A DNA stretch of 64,000 nucleotides from Eledone cirrhosa (taxonomy: Eukaryota): the NCBI GenBank assembly GCA_964016885.1, contig OZ024764.1, positions 24,552,001 to 24,616,000 of the forward strand, read 5' to 3'. A model generated the notes under the pieces. It was not told the DNA's origin. It made no database searches and worked only from the letters and a program-made list of their open reading frames with translations. Shown here piece after piece: positions 11,930-22,825 of the stretch; position 1 is the stretch's first letter; each line of letters starts with the position of its first letter. Both the position numbers and the translations under genes were made by a program.

Positions 11930-14396
11930 ATGGCTGATATAAGAGTTGGGTGTCTGAATGTACGCGGCTTGGGACTGTCTTGGAAACAAGGCAAACTTTT
12001 AAACGATCTCAGGTCGCATAGAATGGATGTAATGGCTATTTGCGAGTCCAGGATCAGCAGCGAGCACCAACTGGCGCCCCTCTTCGACGACTTTGAGATC
12101 TTCGCATCTCTCTGTCAACCGGGGGGTGGGGGTGGAGTTGTCGTTCTGCTGCGAAAACACCTGGGCCTCGCCATACAGAAGGTGCACCTGGACCCGGAGG
12201 GTCGACTGGTGGTTTTAGATGTCGGCAGTAGTGAAAGTGGAGCCCTTAGACTAATAGCTGTGTACGCCCCTTTTTGGGCAGCGCGGCCGGAATACTTCCA
12301 ACGTCTGGAAACTTTTCTGGGAACGTCCCGCTCCTTGCTTTTAGTGGGGGACTGGAATGGTATCCTGGATGCACGTTGGGACTATGTAGGGGCATGTGCC
12401 AATAGAGGGGGGTGTAAAAGCCTCAAAAGGTTAATCGGCCAATTTGACCTGGCCGATAGATATCGTCTAGATTTTCCGACTGTACCAAGGGGGATGACAT
12501 AAGTAACTTCAGGCCCATAACTCTGCTAAATACAGAGTTAAAGATTTTGGCCAAGGTGTTAGCGAAGAGGTTGGCGCTTGTTGTCGGAAACCTGGTGGGA
12601 GAAGCGCAGACATGCGCAATCCCGTCCAGGTCCATTCACGACCATCTCCACCTTATGCGATACATCAGAGAGAGGGTAGGGAATGAACTCGGCTTTGGTG
12701 GGGCCCTGATCAACTTGGATCAATCTAAAGCTTTCGATAGGGTTGACCATCGTTACCTGGATGCGGTGCTCGCGGCGGCAGGCTTCGGACCCGTTTTCAG
12801 GGGTTGGATTGCTGCGATGCACAGCAGCAACGTCTGCTCAAGGGTCTAGGTGAACGGCCACCTCTCAGAGCCGTTCCAAATCATGCGATCCATCCGACAG
12901 GGATGCCCTCTCTCCTCCCTTCTGTATGTGCTGGCTCTTGAGCCACTACTGCGGAAGTTGGAGCGGTGCAGGGCATCCCTTTGGAACTGGGAATGCAGAA
13001 AGCGGCGTCGGCCTACGCCGATGACGTGACAGTAATGGTGTCGAAAACCTCGCAAATCGGTGAGATCGGCACCTTACTGGAGGAATATGAAAGGTTTACA
13101 GGAGCCAAGCTGAACCGGGACAAGTCCGTCGGTTTGCAACTCGGAACATGGAGAGGCAAACCGATGCCCTCCAATGACGTCGTCGGACGCTGGACGGAGG
13201 GCCCGGTGAAGCTGCTTGGGGTCTGGTTCGGACCAGACCTCCAGGTGGAGAAAAACTGGAACGAGGTAACGGCCAGGGTGTTTGCACTCACCCAGAAGTG
13301 GGCCCAGTGCAAACTATCCCTGAAAGGTCGAGCGGAGGTGGCGAATACTTATATAGCATCCGTCATCTACTACCGCTTGACCGTCGTGCCTTGCCCAGTG
13401 AAAAGACTCGCCAAAATGGAGTGCGCGCTGTTCCAATTTCTTTGGAACAAGCGGACCCCTTTGGTGAGGAGATCCATCTGCTGTCAACACCCTTCGAAAG
13501 GAGGGCTGGGGATGCCGTGGCTACAGATGCGTAAACACGCATTAAGGCTACGGCACCTCCAGGTATTCCTCACCGGTCAACCGGTGTGGGCCCCGTTTGT
13601 GAGGCGAGCCTTTCCCAGACTCGTTTCGCTCACCGAGCTGCAATCCTGGGTCAAGCAAAGACCGAGAAAAGTGGGCGACTGGCACATTGATTGTGCCCAG
13701 GCGCTCACGGCCCTCTGGAAAGCGGACCCGGCAATCAGTGGAGACTCCACCTCGACATTCTATAGAGGGTTGGTACGCAGCAGGTGCGACGATGCTCTCG
13801 GAGAAGCTCTAGGCATGGAGGAAGATGAATTGGCCAGTCTGTTCGGTAGGACGTTTGGCCCTGGACCGATGGACAACTTCCAAAAGTCCCTGGCTTGGCA
13901 GTGCTGCCGAGGGGCTCTACCTGTTCGAGACAAGCTCCACAGGCATGGCAGCCTGGGTAGGGATCCTTTGAATAAGATCTGTCCGAGATGCGTGCATGAC
14001 GACGAAACCGTTGCGCACGCATTCGTACACTGCCCAGGCATTGCTGACCTGTGGGGCTATGTGGAACGACTACTGTCGAGGGTGGGACCAATCCGGTTGA
14101 CCACCGAGTCCATTGTCACGATCAAACCGCCTCCCCCTTTCAAAAACGAAGGAGAGGCGGTTTTTCTCTGTGTGATAGCCATGGCTAAAGAAGTTGTATG
14201 GTGGACGAGGCTGAAAGGGCTGAGGTCAGACACCTTTCTCTCCGGCCAACAACTGGTCCCCTTTTTCAAATACCATTTTAAAAGAAGGATCAGAATGGAG
14301 AGAGAGGTGCTCTACCCCAGCAAGTTTTATGAAAGGTGGGTGAAAGTAGGGAGAATGGCCAGAGTGAATGGGTCTTCTCTCTATATCAGCCTGTAG
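11930..14396 (+). pseudogene. LINE ORF2 (APE endonuclease - reverse transcriptase - zinc finger), disrupted
   Basis: CLNVRGL, AVYAP, LVGDWN; then NFRPITLLN, LDQSKAFDRVDH, RQGCPLSP, SAYADD, CPRC...ETVAHAFVHC; deletion near 12485 plus later frame breaks. Confidence 0.9.
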
Positions 14397-14632
14397 GTGA
14401 AAGAAGAGGAAAAGGAGGAGACGAGGGAAGCACCTACTCTTTGTGCTCCTGAAGAGAAGGGTGGCACATTTTTTCCGGGGTGTGTGCGACCCATGTTAAT
14501 GCCCCTCCCTATTGAGGACTTCGTTTGTTGTTGTTATTTCATTGTTATATTTTTGTACTCGTTAATTATATGTAAACTTCCCCCCTTGTATCTGTCCCTA
14601 CCTTTTGTGCCCTAGTGGCAAATAAAGAAACC

Positions 14633-14972
14633 ACTCTATATATACTATAGTATTTTCACAGTAAAGGCTTTACCTCACATAATATCTCACATAACATTTA
14701 CATTACTCTATATATACTATTGTATTGTCACAGTAAAGGCTTTACTTCACATAATATCTCACATAACATTTACATTACTCTATATATACTATAGTATTTT
14801 CACAGTAAAGGCTTTACCTCACATAATATCTCACATAACATTTACATTACTCTATATATACTATAGTATTTTCACAGTAAAGGCTTTACCTCACATAATA
14901 TCTCACATAACATTTACATTACTCTATATATACTATTGTATTTTCACAGTAAAGGCTTTACCTCACATAATA
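14633..14972 (+). repeat. 72-bp tandem repeat (about 4.7 copies; a further unit at 9886-9951)
   Basis: ACTCTATATATACTAT starts at 14633 and 14705. Confidence 0.9.
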
Positions 14973-15228
14973 TGGAATCTATGAGATTTTGATATTATTT
15001 ATTTTGAGAACAATACCTTAACATCAGTATGACCAGCTGGTTATAGCTGGTTTGAAGAGAAAGAGGTGAGAGAATTCTGGCTGTATATGGCTGGTTTAAA
15101 TGCTAAAGTGTTATGCTGGTATTGGGAACATAACATAACAAACGTTGATAAAATAAAGTACCAGTAATACACGGGGATAATTGCTGGCCTTGTGCCAAAA
15201 GGAAAAACAATTATTATGGAAGGTTTTT

Positions 15229-15400
15229 GGTGGATTGGCAGTATCGGTAGAGCGTCAGACAACATGCTTTGCAGCACAGAGTTACATCCCTTTATGGTCT
15301 GAGTTCAAATTCCGAGGTTAACTTTGCCTTTTATACTTACGGGGTGCATAAAATAAAGTACCAGTAATGTACTGGGGTAATTGCTCGCCTTGTGCCAAAC
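15229..15400 (+). mobile_element. tRNA-derived SINE
   Basis: A box TGGCAGTATCGG, B box GAGTTCAAATTCC (15301), shared tail ATAAAATAAAGTACCAGTAA. Confidence 0.8.
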
Positions 15401-16040
15401 ATTTTTGAAGTAAAGTCACTGTCCCCTCTCGCTTTTAAATAAATTTGAAAATATTCAAGAATTTCAAGGGATTTTTGTGTGACAAAAGACTTAATAAGAC
15501 GGTCTTTGGAACATAACTTAACAAAGGTTCTTACATAAAATATAAACTCTTTAAAATATGTAGAACCAGGGGTGGTTTCATCATCATCAGCAACAACTTC
15601 ATCACCGTTACCCGCCTCCTCCATCCCCTACCCCCGTACCCCTCTGTCACCTACTACACCTCCTCACTCACCTCTACTCCTCCTCACCCCACTCTCCTAA
15701 CTCACCTACACCCCCTCCTCCCTCACTCACCCCCACCCTCCTCACTCACCTACACCTCCTCACTCAGCCCACCCTCACCCACCTATACAGCCTCTCTCTC
15801 ACCCCCACCCCCTCTCACCCCCACCCTCCTCTCACCCCACCACTTCTCACTCACCCCTCCTCTCTCATATACACCCCTCCTTATTACCTACACCCCGCTC
15901 CTTACTCACCTACACTCCCCTCCTCTCACCTTCCCCCCCTCACTCACCCGCCCGTCCCCACTCACCCGCCCGTCCCCACTCACCACCCCTCCTCTCACCT
16001 ACTATACCAACCCCTCATCTCTACCTGTTCTGATTTACAG

Positions 16041-16125
16041 GGAATGTCACACCGAAGTGTTGTGTTGCAAGTTTTCAGTGGATGGCAGACACCTAGCAGT
16101 AGGATTGAAAGACGCAACTATTAAG
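16041..16125 (+). CDS. Internal exon of a WD40-repeat protein gene (exon A)
   Basis: TTTACAG acceptor after a C-rich tract, GTGAGT donor; encodes ECHTEVLCCKFSVDGRHLAVGLKDATIK; ends in phase 0 and joins IFD of exon B to complete a WD-like repeat. Confidence 0.85.
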
Positions 16126-16149
16126 GTGAGTCACTCCAGGTTGAGCTGC

Positions 16150-17842
16150 TACTTCTCTGAATTGAGAGAGCAAAGGTCTGATACTACAGACATGTGGTTA
16201 GAATGTCTCAGGAGAGAATCTCTAAATTGAGAGATCACAGCTCTGATACTACAGACATGTGGGAAGAATGTCTGAGGATAGAATCACTGTATTGAGAGAT
16301 CATAGCTCTGATACTACAGACATGTGGTTAGAATGTCTGGGGAAAGAATCTCTGAATTGAGAGATCACAGCTCTGATACTACAGACATGTGGTTAGAATG
16401 TCTGAGGAAAGAATCTCTGAATTGAGAGATCACAGCTCTGATACTACAGACATGTGGTTAGAATGTCTGAGGAAAGAATCTCTGAATTTAGAGATCACAG
16501 CTCTGATACTACAGACATGTGGTTAGAATGTCTCAGGTAAGAATCTCTGAATTGAGAGATCACAGCTCTGATACTACAGACATGTGGTTAGAATGACTGA
16601 GGAAAGAATCTCTGAATTAAGAGATCACAGCTCTGATACTACAGACATGTGGTTAGAATGTCTCAGTAAAGAATCTCTGAATTGAGAGACCACAGCTCTG
16701 ATACTACAGACATGTGGTTAGAATGTCTCAGGAAAGAATCTCTGAATAGAGAGACCACAGCTCTGATACTACAGACATGTGGTTAGAATGTCTGAGGAAA
16801 GAATCTCTGAATTGAGAGATCACAGCTCTGATACTACAGACATGTGGTTAGAATGTCTGAGGAAAGAATCTCTGAATTGAGAGATCACAGCTCTGATACT
16901 ACAGACATGTGGTTAGAATGTCTGAGGAAAGAATCTCTGAATTGAGAGACCACAGCTCTGATACTACAGACATGTGGTTAGAATGTCTGAGGAAAGAATC
17001 TCTGAATTGAGAGATCACAGCTCTGATACTACCGACATGTGGTTAGAATGTCTGAGGAAAGAATCTCTGAATTGAGAGATCACAGCTCTGATACTACAGA
17101 CATGTGGGTAGAATGTCTGAGGAAAGAATCTCTGAATTGAGAGATCACAGCTCTGATACTACAGACATCTGATTAGAATGTCTCAGGAAAGAATCTCTGA
17201 ATAGAGAGACCACAGCTCTGATACTACAGACATGTGGTTAGAATGTCTGAGGAAAGAATCTCTGAATTGAGAGATCACAGCTCTGATACTACAGACATCT
17301 GATTAGAATGTCTCAGGAAAGAATCTCTGAATAGAGAGACCACAGCTCTGATACTACAGACATGTGGTTAGAATGTCTGAGGAAAGAATCTCTGAATTGA
17401 GAGATCACAGCTCTGATACTACAGACATCTGATTAGAATGTCTCAGGAAAGAATCTCTGAATAGAGAGACCACAGCTCTGATACTACAGACATGTGGTTA
17501 GAATGTCTGAGGAAAGAATCTCTGAATTGAGAGATCACAGCTCTGATACTACAGACATGTGGTTAGAATGTCTGAGGAAAGAATCTCTGAATTGAGAGGT
17601 CACAGCTCTGATACTACAGACATGTGGTTAGAATGTCTCAGGAAAGAATCTCTGAATTGAGAGATAAAAGCTCTGATACTACAGACATGTGGTTAGAATG
17701 TCTGAGGAAAGAATCTCTGAATTGAGAGATCACAGCTCTGATACTACAGACATGTGGTTAGAATGTCTCAGGAAAGAATCTCTGGATTGAGAGATCACAG
17801 CTCTGATACTACAGACATGTGGTTAGAATGTCTGAGGAAAGA
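16150..17842 (-). repeat. 65-bp minisatellite (about 26 copies), inverted relative to 6006-7080
   Basis: Reverse complement of the same unit; shares the flank ACTCCAGGT(T/A)GAGCTGCTACTTCT. Confidence 0.95.
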
Positions 17843-17870
17843 GGGGGTGAGGGCAACCTTGGTTAAAAAA

Positions 17871-20572
17871 GGTAGTTAGTATTACTATTACAGTAATAAA
17901 ATACAATGTAGTTAGTATTACTATTATAACTGTTACAGTAATACAATCAAATGTAGTTAGTATTACTATTAGTATAACTGTTACAGTAATACAATACCAT
18001 GTAGTTAGTATTACTATTAGTATAACTGTTACAGTAATACAATACCATGTAGTTAGTATTACTATTAGTATAACTGTTACAGTAATACAATACCATGTAG
18101 TTAGTATTACTATTAGTATAACTGTTACAGTAATACTATACAATGTAGTTAGTATTACTATTAGTATAACTGTTACAGTAATACTATACCATGTAGTTAG
18201 TATTACTATTAGTATAACTGTTACAGTAATACAATACCATGTAGTTAGTATTACTATTAGTATTACTGTTACAGTAATACAATACCATGTAGTTAGTATT
18301 ACTATTAGTATTACTGTTACAGTAATACAATACCATGTAGTTAGTATTACTATTAGTATAACTGTTACAGTAATACAATACCATGTAGTTAGTATTACTA
18401 TTAGTATAACTATTACAGTAATACAATACAATGTAGTTAGTATTACTATTAGTATAACTGTTACAGTAATACAATACAATGTAGTTAGTATTACTATTAG
18501 TATAACTGTTACAGTAATATAATACAATGTAGTTAGTATTACTATTAGTATAACTGTTACAGCAATACAATGTAGTTAGTATTACTATTAGTATAACTGT
18601 TACAGTAATACTATACAATGTAGTTAGTATTACTATTAGTATAACTGTTACAGTAATATAATACAATGTAGTTAGTATTACTATTAGTATAACTGTTACA
18701 GCAATACAATGTAGTTAGTATTACTATTAGTATAACTGTTACAGTAATACAATGTAGTTAGTATTACTATTAGTATTACTGTTACAGTAATACTATACAA
18801 TGTAGTTAGTATTACTATTATTATAACTGTTACAGTAATACTATACAATGTAGTTAGTATTACTATTAGTATAACTGTTACAGTAATACAATATCATGTA
18901 GTTAGTATTACTATTAGTATAACTGTTACAGTAATACAATACCATGTAGTTAGTATTACTTTTATTATAACTGTTACAGTAATACAATACCATGTAGTTA
19001 GTATTACTATTAGTATAACTGTTACAGTAATACAATACAATGTAGTTAGTATTACTTTTATTATAACTGTTACAGTAATACAATACAATGTAGTTAGTAT
19101 TACTATTATTATAACTGTTACAGTAATACAATACAATGTAGTTAGTATTACTATTAGTATAACTGTTACAGTAATACAATACAATGTAGTTAGTATTACT
19201 ATTAGTATAACTGTTACAGTAATACAATACAATGTAGTTAGTATTACTATTAGTATAACTGTTACAGTAATACAATACAATGTAGTTAGTATTACTATTA
19301 TTATAACTGTTACAGTAATACAATACAATGTAGTTAGTATTACTATTAGTATAACTGTTACAGTAATACAATACAATGTAGTTAGTATTACTATTAGTAT
19401 AACTGTTACAGTAATACAATACAATGTAGTTAGTATTACTATTAGTATAACTGTTACAGTAATACAATACAATGTAGTTAGTATTACTTTTATTATAACT
19501 GTTACAGTAATACAATACCATGTAGTTAGTATTACTATTAGTATAACTGTTACAGTAATACAATACAATGTAGTTAGTATTACTATTAGTATAACTGTTA
19601 CAGTAATACAATACAGTGTAGTTAGTATTACTATTAGTATAACTGTTACAGTAATACAGTACAGTGTAGTTAGTATTACTAATATAGTAATACAGTACAG
19701 TGTAGTTAGTATTACTAATATAGTAATACAGTACAGTGTAGTTAGTATTACTAATACAGTAATACAGTACGGTGTAGTTAGTATTACTAATATAGTAATA
19801 CAGTACAGTGTAGTTAGTATTACTATTACAGTAATACAGTACAGTGTAGTTAGTATTACTAATACAGTAATACAGTACAGTGTAGTTAGTATTACTATTA
19901 GTATAACTGTTACAGTAATACAGTACAGTGTAGTTAGTATTACTAATATAGTAATACAGTACAGTGTAGTTAGTATTACTATTACAGTAATACAGTACAG
20001 TGTAGTTAGTATTACTAATACAGTAATATAGTACAGTGTAGTTAGTATTACTAATACAGTAATACAGTACAGTGTAGTTAGTATTACTAATATAGTAATA
20101 CAGTACAGTGTAGTTAGTATTACTAATACAGTAATACAGTACGGTGTAGTTAGTATTACTAATACAGTAATACAGTCAGTGTAGTTAGTATTACTAATAC
20201 AGTAATACAGTACAGTGTAGTTAGTATTACTAATACAATAATACAGTACAGTGTAGTTAGTATTACTAATACAGTAATACAGTACGGTGTAGTTAGTATT
20301 ACTAATACAGTAATACAGTCAGTGTAGTTAGTATTACTAATACAGTAATACAGTACAGTGTAGTTAGTATTACTAATACAGTAATACAGTACAGTGTAGT
20401 TAGTATTACTAATACAGTAATACAGTACAGTGTAGTTAGTATTACTAATACAGTAATACAGTACAGTGTAGTTAGTATTACTAATACAGTAATACAGTAC
20501 AGTGTAGTTAGTATTACTAATACAGTAATACAGTACAGTGTAGTTAGTATTACTAATACAGTAATACAATGT
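17871..20572. repeat. AT-rich minisatellite with a 48-bp unit shifting to a related 36-bp unit
   Basis: GTAGTTAGTATTACTATTAGTATAACTGTTACAGTAATACAATACAAT up to about 19650, then GTAGTTAGTATTACTAATACAGTAATACAGTACAGT. Confidence 0.95.
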
Positions 20573-20623
20573 AATCTATGTTTCTGAAGGTGTAAAGTAA
20601 TGGCTAGGCTTATGGCTCTAGGG

Positions 20624-21286
20624 CAAGCATGGACCACCTATTTCGAGAAGAGGGCCACATGAGATATGGCTTATCATCAGGTGGGCCACATGAGATATAG
20701 CTCATCATCAGGTGGGCCACATGAGATAGAGCTCATCATTAGGTGGGCCACATGAGATAGAGCTCATCATCAGGTGGGCCACATGAGATATGGCACACCA
20801 TCAGGTGGGCCACATGAGATATAGCTCATCATCAGGTGGGCCACATGAGATAGAGCTCATCATTAGGTGGGCCACATGAGATATAGCTCATCATCAGGTG
20901 GGCCACATGAGATATGGCTCATCATCAGGTGGGCCACATGAGATATAGCTCATCATCAGGTGGGCCACATGAGATATAGCTCATCATCAGGTGGGCCACA
21001 TGAGATATGGCACACCATCAGGTGGGCCACATGAGATATGGCTCATCATCAGGTGGGCTGCAAGCGCTAATTTACATTCGTGCTCAACCTAAAACCAAGG
21101 GAGGTAACTCAGGTTGTTTTGATTTCTTTCTTCAGAATTCCTACATGTTGTTTTCCTCGATAGTAGAAATCATAGAGAGATAAATTACGACTGAAAAGTT
21201 GGGGTAAAAATATGAGAAAGGTTTCACTTGGGTGACTTAGACGGGCCATTCAGACAGATTCATGGGCCACAGGTTGCCCATGATTG
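20624..21286. mobile_element. hAT-like MITE carrying a 31-bp tandem array (about 13 copies, 20651-21058)
   Basis: Imperfect TIRs CAAGCATGGACCACCT and AGGTTGCCCATGATTG; unit GGTGGGCCACATGAGATATAGCTCATCATCA. Confidence 0.55.
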
Positions 21287-21949
21287 ATCTAAATCAACAA
21301 AGTTCAGAACAATTTACGGTATCTCCTTTCATCATCATCGTTTTATGTCCATTTCTCTCCGCTAGCATGGGTCAGACGAGTTGTCCTGTTGTGGGCAATG
21401 CTAGGTCAGGTGACCATATCTGGCTCATATAGAACTGATTTTGGCTTGATTTCTACAGCTGGATGCCCTTCCTAACACCAACCTTGATTACAGTGAGTGC
21501 TGGGGTTGGCGTTAGGAAGAACATCCAATTTAGCTATTGTGGACTTAGTAAATATGCAGATGTTATACAATGAAAAATCATCATCATGATATGTGTGTAT
21601 ATATATATATATATATATGGTTTATGCATAAGTATGCTATATGTATATGTGCGTAAATAAGTATATGTATATCATTATCATGATATATGTGTGTATATAT
21701 GTTTATATTCCCCTCTTTTTCTTAGTCTGTCTTTTTAGATAGATACATAGCTATAACGTAGCGCCCTTATAATATGTCTCTGTATGTCTGACTGTCCGCA
21801 TTAGATAACGTTTTTTTAAATATTTACTTCTGCGTTCACAGATGGATTTTTTTAGTTTCAGAAGATCCCGTTAAGGGTGAAAGCAGCAATTCTTTGCTTA
21901 AACTTTAATCTGTTATTTTAATATATATATTTGTGTACAGATATTTTTG

Positions 21950-22816
21950 CATACACAAAAACAGAAACCTATTTATTTCACGAAAGCACAGACGGCTTAT
22001 CGTCATTGTTATTGTTCGAGGTTAGAGGACCACAGTCTTTCCAAGATCTGTTCCACTTACCGTTTGGCTTGCCAGATGCGTGGTATGTTACATGATGACA
22101 GCCATTGGCACCTCACCCTGCAAGAAGCAGCAACTGCTAAAGTCCCTTCTCAGCTGCGAAAACTTTATGCTATTATGCTGCACAACTGCGATCTCACCGA
22201 CCCTCTCGCAATGTGGAACAACCACCGCGAAAGTCTAGCTGAGGACATCCTCCACCACACACGCAGACACAATCCGAACGTAACATACAATGTCGTTTTC
22301 AGTGAGGTGCTCATTTGTCTTGAAAATAGTGTCCTGGAGATTGGTGGTAGGCCTCTAGGTCACTACAGCTTACCTGCTCCTGACAGGAGTGTCCAGAGGT
22401 CAACGTCTACAGAGCTTCTCCACGAGACAAGCTACGAAATCAGTGCTTCTCCCATGGGTAACTGTTGCTCTAGGGTTAGCTCGCCAAACAATCTCTTCAT
22501 CTTGAGGCTCTAACAATGTAATTTAAATATTTTCTGTTACTTGGAATTTCCATTATGGTTGTACAAATTATTGTTTGTTAAAAAAGTTGTTCTCTGTTCA
22601 GCCTTTATTGTTGTAACTATCAATTTTCTTTAACGTACTGGCTGCTGAACTGGAGAATCCTAAAAACTATTCAAACCCAACATCAGAGCACGTTAACCCC
22701 GCACCTCGCTGACTTGAGAGGGTGTGCGGTATCTTTACACTGGAGTGTAGGTGGGATTCCTGAAAAGATAAAATGCCGGTATACCTAGCCGGGCGCCAGC
22801 TGGATGGGCCAGCTAG
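21950..22816 (+). mobile_element. Second Helitron remnant (Rep-helicase linker fragment plus putative CTAG 3' end)
   Basis: TYRLACQMRGMLHDDSHWHLTLQEAA...LRKLYAIML aligns with TYREACFKRGLLEDDSQWDSTLAEGA...LRGLFAILL of the first Helitron; GC-rich stretch then CTAG|T at 22813-22816. Confidence 0.7.
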
Positions 22817-22825
22817 TATATATTA

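Larger units (their letters stand above)
9952..14632 (+). mobile_element. L1/Tx1-type non-LTR retrotransposon, 5' end apparently present, ORF2 internally deleted
   Basis: 5' UTR, ORF1 with CCHC knuckle, ORF2 with APE endonuclease, RT and C-terminal zinc finger, 3' UTR with AATAAA; host repeat resumes on both sides. Confidence 0.9.
9865..15113. mobile_element. TTAA-CCCTTTA-type (piggyBac-like) MITE with internal 72-bp repeats, split by the LINE
   Basis: TTAACCCTTTACCATTT at 9865 and AAATGCTAAAGTGTTA ending near 15113; related right end AAATGCTAAAGGGTTAA at about 48056-48072; partial copy at 9759-9865. Confidence 0.6.

Noticed and set aside
16150-17842. 65-mer as a retrozyme-like hammerhead repeat (CTGAGGA, two small hairpins)
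   Set aside because: No GAAA and NUH in the correct positions after stem II; the core cannot be assembled
20651-21058. CTGATGA plus hairpin in each 31-mer (minus strand)
   Set aside because: The hairpin is followed by TGTGG, not GAAA
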